A DNA stretch of 64,000 bases from Podarcis melisellensis (taxonomy: Eukaryota). Below the pieces are notes generated by a model that had not been told where the DNA came from, did no database searches, and saw only the letters and a list, made by a program, of their open reading frames with translations. The stretch lies in the NCBI GenBank assembly GCA_964234715.1, contig OZ174275.1; one strand, written 5' to 3'. The first letter of the stretch is position 1. The number at the start of each line of letters is the position of its first letter. The position numbers and the translations under genes were made by a program. This document shows positions 37,468 to 49,119 of this stretch, in pieces.

Positions 37468-38731
37468 GTGAGTAATCTTGAATTCCTTGTTTCATAGGCA
37501 TGTGCAAGTCATGTTTCATAGTAACTCCCTCTTCTTGCTTTGTTTGTTACCGCAAAGCGCAAGGCCATTCCAGGCTTATCTGCTGCATTTTTCATGCATT
37601 CTGGTGTTTGGATAGTATAAGCATGGCAGGTTTATTTACACCTGTGTGTATTTTGGAAGAAGGAAACATGCCACCCAGAGCAGCCGCCAACATAAATGGT
37701 TATTCTTATAAGGTCAATCTGGTGTCAAGTTAAGAGTGTTCTCTGAAGAGCAGAAACCATGGCTAATGTTTTGCTGACGTAACTATTAATCATGGGGAAG
37801 GATGGCAGCAAGAATGTGTGGGTGAGAGAGCAGGGACTTCGCAGGAAGTGCTTGGTCCTGGGGCTGCAGTGTCAAGTGTGTTCATATCCCCTCAAACACC
37901 GTATTTTATTTCCTTGTAATATTTTTTATGAAGTTTAATGTTACATGTTAGACAAACCATACAAGAGAAACAAGAGTAACAACTTTACTAAAATAAAGGC
38001 AAAACAAGAGCTATGCCTACGTTCTCTATCCCACTATTCAGGGGAAAGTTAGTCTAGAAAGCATTTACATACAAATAATAAAAAGTTGGGAAGGGTTAAG
38101 CTGGAGACCAGTCCTGTTGTGGTATAGTATCCAAACTGTCTGTTGTGATTTGGGTGCCAGAATTCGACCACTTTGCTGCAACACATGAGCTGGTTAGATG
38201 GTACCATGTATTATCAAAGCTACATTTTAATTTTACTCCTCTTAATAGTCTATTATGCACTGTTAATTTCTCTGCCACTGCCTTGGTCCTCTCCCCTTGA
38301 AACAAAAGTTCTGTATAATATCTGCAGTATGGGCAGTCTTGAAACAGGCTGCTCCCAGTAAGAAAAATATTAAGTATTTATGGATAACATTATGCATGGT
38401 AATGGAAAATAGATAAAAGATCAAAACCGTGGTCCATCGGGATGACTTCCAGAACTATGGCAGAAATCTCAACACAGAGTGTATTTGATTTGAATAACTG
38501 ATTCTATTGCCAGTCATCCAGAGCAGGAAAATTAATACATGCAGTGTACATCCATGCATAAACTGGCCTTAAGCTAGATACATGGAATTTTATATGTGAG
38601 CTCAGTTCCTTTCCACCACTCAGCTGTGGTACCAATATTGAAAATATTTTTAAAATATGGTTGTTTCTTTCAAAACAGAAAAACTAGTTTATTTTGCTGA
38701 CTTTTTCCTTTCCTTTCTCTTTCGCTACCAG

Positions 38732-38834
38732 ATTTGTGAATTCTTTTCTGGAACAGCCAGAAGTCTCAGTCATTGGTGCTGGAAGAGGACATGCTGGTAC
38801 TATAATTCACAAGCTTTTTGTGAATTCACAGCGG
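38732..38834 (+). CDS. RAB3GAP1: RAB3GAP1 exon 23
   Basis: FVNSFLEQPEVSVIGAGRGHAGTIIHKLFVNSQR. Confidence 0.94.
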
Positions 38835-40598
38835 GTAAGATGGACTTTTTAACATCTCTTTAGGCCATGTAAGATTACTCTCAGTTCAGCTTTGAAAGTG
38901 CCTCCGTGTATAAGAATACTATGGCTATATTAAATATTCAGCTATATGTAAAATGGGCAATACTTAACAAAGCACAGATTATAGATCAGTGTGTTCCTTC
39001 CAGGGTGGTAGTTCTGTGAAACAATTGTGGGCGTTTTGTTGTGCATTAATGTACGTAAGGTCCGTTTGTACTAATGCACATTGATTGATTGAATGAAGTA
39101 GTAGTTTTTAGGTTGCCAGAACAAAATGAACTTTTCATTTCATAACAGCTACCAGTAAGTGTTTTCCAGGTCTAATTTTTCATTGTGTGATATAATAGCA
39201 GCTTCTGGAATGCTGTAATGTATGTTTATATTTCAGTCCTTTGCTATTGATTACTGGTTTGGTCTCAGGGAGGACTTGGGTAGGCAGAAGACTTTAGGGA
39301 GTTACTGAAGGGCCTAGGAGAAGATTGGAAGTGGAATAGGAGCAAGAGAAGGCCTGAAAGGAGAGGGGTTGGTTGCACATGGTCATGAGCTGCAAATGTG
39401 AGAGAGGTTGAAGTTTACAGAATGTTTTGAAACAACCAAATAATTTGTGGCCGCAGAGAACTAGTTGGCGTATTTAAGGAACTTGTACTCTCTACTCTGA
39501 ACCCAAAGAAGCCCTTGCTTGGGCAGACAGCACACCTGCAACTCCATTGGGGTGCACTTGCTCATTCCGCTAGCCTGCCTCCAGCCCTGCATGCTGTTTT
39601 GGAGAGTTCCTCCACCATTCAAGGGAATGGCTTTGTAGGAACACAGAAGTCTGTAGCGAGAAGGGTCTATTGCATGTATAAACCTCTGTATTTCCTGGGA
39701 CAGGAGAAATATGAGGAAGCACTTGCACATGGGAAATTGCTCACAGTAGATGAAATATAGCAAGTGAGAAGATAAGAACTTAAGGAAGAATATGATTGGA
39801 GTAGGAAGCATGCAGACTTTCTGTGTTGGTGAAAAAAAACCCATGCAACTCTGCATTCATAATGAAAACATGATGAAGTTTTCACTTAATTACACAAGGT
39901 TGCGTCCCATGCTGTTTAGTGTAGGGGCTGCCGTGGGTAGGACTGGGAAAGCCCCTTGCTGAAGTGATCTTCTGCTTGTTCTTTTAGAACACGAATATCA
40001 CTAAAAATAATGCTTGCTAATAATTCATTTCTGCAAGGTCATTAACTGGTAAAACTTAATCCCAGTAGTATTTCATTTTAACCAATGGATGGACTGATTC
40101 CCCCCCCCCCTTTAAAATGCATGATAAAAATAAGGCAAGTTTAGTGATTCACATCCCTGCATGTATTCTGATGCACAAAAGCTCCTGCAGCTGTAGGCTG
40201 TCCTGTTCATTGTAATGGCAGCATTAAACATCCATTTCAGATGAATATAAGTGGGTAGTGACTGCCTCTGTTGAAATGAATGAACTCCTTTTGTCTATCA
40301 GTTGCTAGATTAGGACATGTATGGAAAGTTGCATCTGCTGAATGGGTAAAAATGAGATTGATTAGACTGGAATATTGTTTAAATTTACCATGTTATCTGT
40401 ACCAGTTCTGCATCAGTGTGTTCTATGTTTGTTTCATGTTCTGAGTGTTTATCACAGTAGCTCTCTTGACTACAACATATACCTGGAGGGCACTCTGCCT
40501 TTTAAAGCAGACAATTCTGAAACCTCTCTTGACCCCATGTGAGTCATCTCTGACTTGCCTTTCTTTATCTTTTATCACTGGTTCTCTTCCTTATCCAG

Positions 40599-40619
40599 CT
40601 GACTGAATCTTCTGAGGAG
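40599..40619 (+). CDS. RAB3GAP1: RAB3GAP1 alternative 21-nt microexon (LTESSEE)
   Basis: long pyrimidine tract, ccag|CTG...GAG|gtaact, phase 0/0. Confidence 0.85.
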
Positions 40620-41967
40620 GTAACTAGATCTTTCCCTAATTTTCTAGTCATCTGCCTAACCTCATGTAGGTGCATAGAAATGAATGCTCTAGCAGCATAG
40701 TGCAGTTGCTTGATTTGCCTCCTACTGATCACTTGCATAGTCAAACCATTAAAATAACTTCATCTTACCAACTTCAAACAAGATTTTCTGAAGCCAGAAG
40801 TTTTGAAACCAGGTTGTGAAGTAACTTGTGATTGAAAAACTGGAGCTTTAAGTGGATGTCTAACTGGAAGGTATTTGAAGTCTAAAGGCCTCAGAGCCAT
40901 GCCTTGTTTGGTAATCTAGTTGTTGCCTATGGCTTCTTCAGATGTGCATGTGTTTTGGCTGGCAAGGACTAAGCATCATAAACTGTTGCAGGAACATTTG
41001 TCCACTTTTATTGCAGAAAGCAGTTTAGTTTTTGCTGCTTTAATACTTTCTCTTGCTTTATTAATACTTCCTCATAAAATGCTTGCATGAACAGATTTAT
41101 GCTTCTCAGTTATGAAGCAGCTGTAAACTAACTCTACCCACTTAGCAGGAGTCATATTTTTTACCTTAGAAATGCTTTATGAAAGAAATTTAACTCATTT
41201 AGTAACCAATTACTTCCTTGGTGCTAAGAAAGACAGGCCATTTGTGACCTATAATAGTTCTCATCCAGTTTGAGTGGCAGGACTCCCTGAAACAGGGAGT
41301 TGTCATAGCACAGTTCTGTGCTAGTATAAGGTCCCAGGCACAGTTATGTCCTTTATCAAACTAAGGTAACAGGGCTAAAAAGGATCACTGCAAGATGGGC
41401 GAATTAGGTGGTCATGTCATGTGAAAATACATCAAGCCCTGATTAACACTGGTTTCCTTAGATACAGACCCAAACACTGTAGAATTCATAGCAAAGCTCT
41501 TGTAGTGTTATTTTAATCATAATTTGCTGGAACCTCAACATTACATTGTTTTGACTTTTAACTAACAAATGTCATGTTTTCTGTTTTGGAGACCAGTCTG
41601 AAGCAGTTCAAGGTCCACTTCATGAACCTGACTGAGAGTGGTCTGTGTTGTTGTCAATTGTGTGGCCCCCAGGCTGTGTGTTTAATACTTGTTTACCAGC
41701 ATTAGTCGTGTTGTAGAAGCACAAACTTAAAAACCTACATTTCTTCACTTTAGAAATCCACTGCAAATGGTGCTTTCATTGTCACACTCATTCATTCTTC
41801 TCTTACATATCCGTCTGTGCCTGCATATTGCAACTTCTTCAAAGCCAAGACTCACTATCTGTTTATGTAGCCCTTATTTTTGAATTATCCTGCCGTTTTA
41901 AAGGGTTTTAAAAATGATTATGGAGCTAACAAAACACATCAACAGTGAGGCTTCTGTATTTTTTTAG

Positions 41968-42210
41968 GTTGCCACAATGATGCCCCTTGACGAAGAACTT
42001 AAGAGGTCTGGCTCTTTGGATGAGAAACGTTTCAGTTCCGGAATAGCTGGAGACTTCCCCCTGCCCGCAGGGCGTGAGGTTATTTTGCGCACAACTGTCC
42101 CACGGCCTGCCCCTTACTCCAAGCCTCTGCCTCAGCGCATGTATAGTGTTCTCACAAAAGAGGACTTCCGACTAGCTGGTGCCTTTTCATCTGATACAAC
42201 ATTCTTCTGA
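41968..42210 (+). CDS. RAB3GAP1: RAB3GAP1 last exon
   Basis: VATMMPLDEELKR...PQRMYSVLTKEDFRLAGAFSSDTTFF*; summed CDS 2943 nt. Confidence 0.95.
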   Translation, partial: VATMMPLDEELKRSGSLDEKRFSSGIAGDFPLPAGREVILRTTVPRPAPYSKPLPQRMYSVLTKEDFRLAGAFSSDTTFF

Positions 42211-43627
42211 TGTCACTGTGTAGCCTGCCGACAATGCATCTCTGCCGGTGGTTCAAATGGTCATTCCATGTCCAGTACTCTAGAGCTGAGGATAATCCTT
42301 TCATAAATTTAGTAATCAGTAATAAAATACTCACAGACTAGTCACTGAGGAGCAATGCTTAATGCCAAACAACTGTCTCATAAGATGTAGGTAGAACTTT
42401 AGAGTAAACTTTTATTTGGGAAAACTCCGTCTGCATATATGTGTTAAAGGGCTTCGGAGGGATGCTGGGAATGGGATTGTTGGGGAGCAATCCATTCCTG
42501 TTTACAGTGATAATGAAAATATCAGAACTCAGCAAATATGGTGATACTTGTAGAATTCTGCAGCCTCGTGTGAAAGTTTACTTTGTTCATCTAGACCAAC
42601 CTGACCATCAAATGTGTAATGCCACCATCAGTGGGTTATAAACTTTGTTTAAAGCTATATGTAGTCTACACATAATAAAATGCAACTCACTTGTGGGTCT
42701 AAATTGCTGTGTATATATTACTAAAGAACAGATGGACCAAAAATTTAAACTACCATCCATCAAAAGTGTGATTAAAAAGTGGTAATTTACTATAGTGAAT
42801 ATACCAGCAGCATTTTTGCCACAGGATGAATTGTACTCAAACCCTCTGTACCACTGGCTTTCAACTCTTAGAGTCATGCTGTTTGTTTATATACTGTTAG
42901 AAAAAGTAAAGGGTTATTTTAATGCATTGGATCTATGTGTTCTGTTCTTGTAAAGGAATGCTACATGTTAAGGTTTGAGGCCATGCCACTGTTTTATGAC
43001 CATTCATTCATTTTTTTTATACAAGACTACAATCCTAGCCTCACTTACCTGGCAGAAATCTCATTTACTTCAATAGGACTTAATTCTGAATAGACACAGT
43101 TAGGACTGTGCTGTCAAGATAAGCAGCTGAGCAAAGCAGCAGATTACAAGGACAAACCTCATGGTGCAATTAGGAAGCTAGAGGTTACAGCAGTACTGAT
43201 ATTTTAAAAAGCATATTCTGCTATTCCACCACTGTACTTGTCATATATGAGAAGATGGTTAAGGGCTAAACTGGTGCATTTCTCTCTGTATTAACCACTA
43301 ATACAGTTTGGGGAACAATCATTAATTTTTATTGGTCTATCACTGTCAAATGCAATTTTACATTCCAAACCTTGTATTAAGAAAGTACAAAAGTTTTAAA
43401 TCCAAAACTTTAAAATGCCAAAGATGTAGGTAGAGATGCGTCTGCATGTATAATGTTGCCTTTCTCAACATTTATCTGCCATGATAACTCCAGTATCTAG
43501 CCTTAGAAAAAGCTAGGTGATTGGTTTAGGACAGTCCCACTAAAAGTCAACCTATTAGTTTATTAAGGTGCATGATTAATCAGTTTGATGAACTACACAT
43601 AAACTACACATCTGAATTATTTGAGCT

Positions 43628-43726
43628 TCATAATTTCACAAAAAAATTGGTAATATCAGATCCATACTTTAAAGCTATAGATTTTCTTTTCATTTGACTT
43701 CTTTCCTTGGCTTGCTTTGCTGTTCT
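43628..43726 (-). CDS. ZRANB3: ZRANB3 last exon (APIM region)
   Basis: RTAKQAKERSQMKRKSIALKYGSDITNFFVKL*. Confidence 0.93.
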   Translation of the reverse strand, partial: RTAKQAKERSQMKRKSIALKYGSDITNFFVKL

Positions 43727-44040
43727 CTGAAAAAAAGAGAATAGTTAGATAAAATGCATTTCATATCAACATATACTGTACAGAGAAACTGGCACTGATT
43801 ACAGCATCTTGATTAGACTGCAAATGTTGGTTGGTGTGGTAACTTTTAAGATGGTCTAACATATATTGTCTACCTGAATTACAGAACTGCATTGCATCTA
43901 AAGTAAATAACCTTCAGAGTGCAGTTATCTGCTTGGCAAATGAGAGAATTTGCCAACTTTTAAGAATTAAGGAAATGCGAAAGAAAAGCTGGTAGAGAAA
44001 CTGACTACAGGGCAAAGAATAAATAGGTCTAAGGATAATG

Positions 44041-44137
44041 TTTGACCAAGCTGCTGGAGGCAGTGGAAGACAGGAGTGCCTGGCATGCTCTGGTCCATGG
44101 GGTCACGAAGAGTCGGAGACGACTAAACAACAACAAC
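44041..44137 (+). mobile_element. RTE-BovB LINE 3' end
   Basis: gcctggcatgctctggtccatggggtcacgaagagtcgga.acgact followed by (CAA)n tail. Confidence 0.85.
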
Positions 44138-44180
44138 ATGCATAATGTTGAAGGGTTGTTTCAGGGTATTCTGTACTCAC

Positions 44181-44312
44181 CTCCTTGTGGCAAACCGTAC
44201 ACAATGTTTGAAGATTTTCCAGGGAACACTGTCCTCCTCCACCATAAACTGGCTTTATATGATCCACTTGCCAGAACTGACCTTCAGTTGGGTTCTGTAT
44301 AATTTCATTTAA
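44181..44312 (-). CDS. ZRANB3: ZRANB3 HNH endonuclease exon
   Basis: WQVDHIKPVYGGGGQCSLENLQTLCTVCHKE. Confidence 0.96.
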
Positions 44313-44411
44313 CTGCAATTAGATAGGACATTAGATAAGCTACTAAGCCTTTACCAATTAGGAACGAGCTTGTACATACCTTTCTACCTCCTCTCATGAT
44401 TTGGCTAAATC

Positions 44412-44547
44412 CAGGCATAGGCAAACTCAGCCCGCCAGATGTTTTGCGAGTACAATTCCCACCATCCCTGACCACTGGTCCTATTAGCTAGGGATGATGG
44501 GAGTTGTAGTCCAAAAACACCTGGAGGGCCAGGTTTGCCTATGCCTG
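44412..44547. mobile_element. palindromic hAT-type MITE
   Basis: TIR CAGGCATAGGCAAAC; TSD gctaaatc (44404) / gcttaatc (45009, displaced by LTR). Confidence 0.85.
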
Positions 44548-44548
44548 G

Positions 44549-45004
44549 TGTTAAGGTACCAAGGGGTTGCTCTAGAGCAAGTAGGCAAATGCCTCCCTGC
44601 TCGGCTGTGAAGCCTTGCTTTTGATGCCAAAATAAACTTTCTCTGTGCAGAGTGCCACTCTCCCGTGGCTGGCTCATTCACTGGCAGAATCTGTGAGTGG
44701 GCGGTCCTTAAACCTTCCCCAGCAGAGTAGTTTCTTGACGCCCAATCTGCGCCTCCCCTCTGAGCGCGGAAGCCTATTGCGCAGGGAGGGCGTGGGTAAC
44801 GGAGGACCTCTCTCCTCCCCGCTTTGCCCAGGCAAGGTGTCCTGGCACCGCCTCGTCTCCTCCGAGCCCTGAAGCTCCTCTCCACTGGAGACGTGGTTAC
44901 TCTCCTCCGCAGAGGAGGTGCTGCTTCCCACGATTTTTGGGGGTTCTCTGTAATCCATCTGGCTTTTCCCCTCTCGCCCCTGAGCCGATGGCAGTTCCCT
45001 GACA
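44549..45004 (-). mobile_element. solo LTR (Gypsy-like)
   Basis: TG...CA imperfect inverted termini, perfect 5-bp TSD CCTGG (44544, 45005), GC-rich; orientation inferred. Confidence 0.85.
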
Positions 45005-45973
45005 CCTGGCTTAATCAAACACTTGCTGGTTAGTCAAACCAATCTGCCATAACATCCAAACAACAATTACAATCCTAGTTGAAGGAATCACAAAAACTAC
45101 AGTTTGCCAGTTCAGATGTAATGCCAAACTGTGGTTCTGTTAATCTAAAGGCATGAGGAAAAATGATGGCTCATAGACACACACAGCTTGTTCACAATCC
45201 TCCAGAAGATCTGAACATGGACTTCTAAATGTAGCTAGTACACACATCCTCACTACCAGATTATCAACATGTATTGGAGGGAAAAAATCATACCCCAACT
45301 CTTGGTTCTATGAACATGAAATAGGGTGTCATCTAACTAAAGCTGTTCAAAATGTTAATGGTTTTAGATACATATGTAAAGAGCAAAAGGTAAATAAATA
45401 TACATGTGATGTCTATTGGACCAGGTCTGTTGTTCTTAGATTAGAGAAGAGGAAGTTGGCAAGTTATAATAAAGCTAGTGTTAAGATCAAGTGATACTCT
45501 TTAACACCTTTTGAAATTTAGCCTTTTAGGTTCTTGGAAATAGTGTTAAACCACAGTTTAAACAATTGTAACAACAAACAGTGTCTTCACAGTGTAGTTT
45601 GCTGGCAGAATACAGGTGACAGGCTGGGTTTGTGTGCTGATAGTTGGACTATGCAAATACTGGCTTTGAAAGGCTTCAAGAGCCATAAGCCTTCATCTTC
45701 TAAAGGAAGATGTGATTTTATAACATAACATGCTCACAAACTTAACTTTTACTTGCAGAAAGTGAGGCCTGCAGCTCAGCACTGAATGCAAGTCTCCCTA
45801 TTGGCAGGGATCTTTACAGCTATGGCTTAAGATTCTTCCTTTGAAGTTGAATCACCTGATGTCATATGTGGGTTGACTGACAGGTGGGTGATCCCACCCA
45901 CCTGTTCAAAGTAGCTTGGATCCAGTTCCTTATTCCTGATTGGTAACTGACTAAATCCAACAGCACATTTTAC

Positions 45974-46373
45974 CTGAGCTAAAGGAAGCTTGGACATCCA
46001 GGAGCTCTCCAGGAGATTTTTACGGTGATTCTTTGGGGCATCTCTGACACAAAGGTAGAGTTCTTGGGCATTCAGACAACACTTCTGACAAACCCCATGT
46101 TCTATCTCAAATACTTTAGTTCTCAAGTAGATTTGGCTAGTGCGAAATAAGAAGTTATCTTGACACTTATGAGAACAAAACCGTGTGTCACAGGCAGTTG
46201 AGGTGGACTTCCGGTCAATCTGGACTGCTGGCATTTGGCAGCTAAGACAAAGTGGATTTCCTTCATTATCTACAGCTTGCAAGTAGCCTGTGCCTAAGGT
46301 GGGCTCCTCAACAGAATCAGCCTGACTAGAGCCTGATATGAGGGCTGGGCAGTTCCCATCTTCTGAAGCCAAC
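45974..46373 (-). CDS. ZRANB3: ZRANB3 exon (Cys-rich region preceding HNH core)
   Basis: GYLQAVDNEGNPLCLSCQ...RFCSHKCQ...EHGVCQKC. Confidence 0.94.
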
Positions 46374-47439
46374 CTAAAGATAAAACAAGTCAGTTATTTT
46401 GGTACAAGAACAATTTCCCCATTTTGTTTTTTTATTTTAAAGAATTTGTAACCCACCATTAAGTTTTCAGGGCACTTTCCATATTTAAATTTCAATTATA
46501 CAATATAAGGGGGTGGGGATGAAGTCGAAGAAGCTTAACATAACCAGAGTTAAAAGCCTGGGAAAATAAAAAGGTCATCTCGCACTGAAGACATAAAAAA
46601 TGCTGCCAGGTAAGTCTCTCTGGTAATGCTCAGGCATTACAAGCAAGAATGTGCTCTCTCAGTTGCCATCTGCTTCATCTTAAGATAGGGAAGCTAACCA
46701 GAGGATCTTTGAAGGTGACAAATGGTACAGGCACATATAGATGTAGGCATTCCTTCAGGTCCACATTGTGTACGCTTGGAAGGTAAGGATCAGCACTTCA
46801 GAAACAGACCAGAAATCAATAGAGCTCTTTAAGCACCAGCAAGCATAAGGGTCAAAACTCTGGGATGTATCCAGTCTCATATAGTCACTCCAATTAATGC
46901 ATGAAAGTGTTAGGACTATAGAGTAAGCTGTCCTGCTAGGTCACACCCACTCACCTCTCTGATCAAACTCTCTGATCTCTCACTTTATACCATGTGAACC
47001 CTACCAGTAAGGATGTCTGGGCTGGTTGCTCCAAGCCCATGTGGCTTTAGCAAGACAGCTTTGTGTTTCTATACAAACAATTTAGAAACATTTACACCTT
47101 GGAACTAACCTAGCCTGTCTTTTCTTGCTGTATGGAAGAGCACATGAATCTAACCTTTGAGAAGTTTGTAAGTAAACCATCTTTTAACTTGCCAAACATG
47201 GTCTCTTTCTAAGCTAAGGGAAGTGGGAACTTGAACCTTTAAAATATCCCCTTCTAACAGCTTATATTTCCATGCTTTGCTGCATGTTTTGTGATTTTAA
47301 ATCCCTGCTGGAGCTCTATCACTAAAGAGTACTAGCCCCAAACATGGATCTTAGGCACACAAGGAATTCTCTTTTTATTATACCACTAAAGTATTTTCCT
47401 TTTAACCAAAATACTAATTAAAACCACCAAAAACTCTGT

Positions 47440-47613
47440 AGTAGAATGTCTGCTTTGGGTGCACAAACTCCCAGATTCAATTCCTGGCATCTTCAGGTAG
47501 TGCTGGAGGAGACTTCTCTCTCCGAAGTGCTAGAGAGCTGCTTCCAGTCAATGTCAAAATTACTGGCCAAGAGGACCAATTACCTGTCTCAGCATAAGCA
47601 GTTTTATATGTCC
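47440..47613 (+). mobile_element. old tRNA-derived SINE (Squam3-like)
   Basis: B-box-like agattcaattcctggcatc, gagagctgcttccagtca core. Confidence 0.55.
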
Positions 47614-47619
47614 TTCATG

Positions 47620-48100
47620 ATACGCTCCTGGCAAACAATCCCAGTTATTAACTTTGCTGCTGTCTTTCTTACCAATTGCAATTGCTGGGCTGTCTTCAAA
47701 GACAGCTCAATTAACAACACATTGCAGTAATTTAGCCTGGAGGTTACCAGGGCATAGATAACCATCACAAACCTCTCTGTCTAGGAGGGGCTACAGCAAC
47801 TGTACTCGGCTGCAGAAAGATGCTTCAAGTTACAGATGCCACTGGAGCTTCAAAAACTATCATCAGCTAGGTCTGTAAGCACCCTCATGTTGCAGATATC
47901 TATTTTAAGGGGAGCACAGTGCCCATTCAGAACACCACCACCCACCAAAAGTACTTCCATTTTGCTTGGTTTCAGCTTCAATTTATTGGCCCTCATCCTA
48001 CACTAAAGGGCTCATTTAACTTTTCCACCACTTCATCTGCAAAGACAACTACCATCATCCCTGGTCATTGGTGACACTCGCTGGGGCTAATGGCAGTTGT
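47620..48100 (-). mobile_element. degraded L2 LINE ORF2 fragment
   Basis: minus strand encodes ALVTSRLNYCN and KLKLKP motifs. Confidence 0.7.
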
Positions 48101-48402
48101 AATGGGAAATTACTTTAATGTGTTTGGTTAGATAAAGATTGGTTTTGATTAACAAAGGTGCCCAGCTGTCAAGAACTGACTTAATAGTTTGAAAATGAGG
48201 GACATGGGGCTTTCTCCAATGTTGCCATTTCTTTTGCACATTAGACCTGAGCAAAGGAACGTCCTCTAGCCTGCATCCCCCCCAATGCACTCCAAAAAAG
48301 CTGTATGGAGAGCCTCTAGATCAGGGATAGGGGAGGAAGTCTCATTGCATTAGCAGATGCAACCTACTGAAATCAGTGTTACCTTGCATACTTGAAACTT
48401 AC

Positions 48403-48549
48403 TTTGTAGAATTGCTGTCCTTTTCCCCAGCAGAGGCAGTGTGGGCATTTAAGGCAACTGGGTTTTTTTTAGTAACTATATGAACACTGCCCCCAATGCT
48501 GTCAGCCTTCTTTAGTGAAGCTTTCGCTACATCCTCTTTTGTTATGTAC
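48403..48549 (-). CDS. ZRANB3: ZRANB3 exon
   Basis: YITKEDVAKASLKKADSIGGSVHIVTK; phases 2/2 fit. Confidence 0.9.
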
Positions 48550-48973
48550 CTAGAAACATAGGAAACATTTCTTTGTTAGTCTGTGGGTCAACGCAAAACA
48601 CTGAGATGCAGAATTCTTGAGGAAATTCCCCTCTCAAGGTAATCCCTGTTTTCCACACTCATTTCCAGCAGCTTTCTCTGTTCTATTTTAAATAAGGTCC
48701 ATTATTACATTGATATGAAAACTATCATCAGGGTGATGAATTACTTAATTTTCTATTGTAATAACATAGGGATTCATGAGTTCTGAATCCTTCGGCATTG
48801 TTTTTGCTAAACCTATTTCTCTCACTGTTCCCCACATTTTATCATGCAAAAGAGCCTACTATATCAAACCAACTCGGTTAAAACTAGTTTGTAATTTAAG
48901 TCATGTTTGCATCATTAAGGTGATTTATTTCCCATCTCTCTACTGGAGTGAAAAAGAGGCTGTTAGCACACAC

Positions 48974-49119
48974 CGTTTGGTACTGCTGAGCTTGGCTTGT
49001 TGTTTTGACAACAGCTCTTCAGCAGCAAGAATGGGGCTAGAAAATAGCTGGCCACTTTTCCTGATAATTCTCTGCTTCATGGCTGTTAGACCACTCCATT
49101 CTCTTACAAACCTCAGTAT
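48974..49119 (-). CDS. ZRANB3: ZRANB3 exon (substrate recognition region)
   Basis: ILRFVREWSGLTAMKQRIIRKSGQLFSSP. Confidence 0.93.

Noticed and set aside
39431-39856. Open frames of ~110 codons (+) and 131 codons (-) in RAB3GAP1 intron 23
   Set aside because: No recognisable homology, poly(A) tail, TSD or convincing splice sites; blastx would settle it
44484-45033. 173-aa and 114-aa minus-strand ORFs
   Set aside because: Lie in a GC-rich solo LTR; no gag/pol motifs
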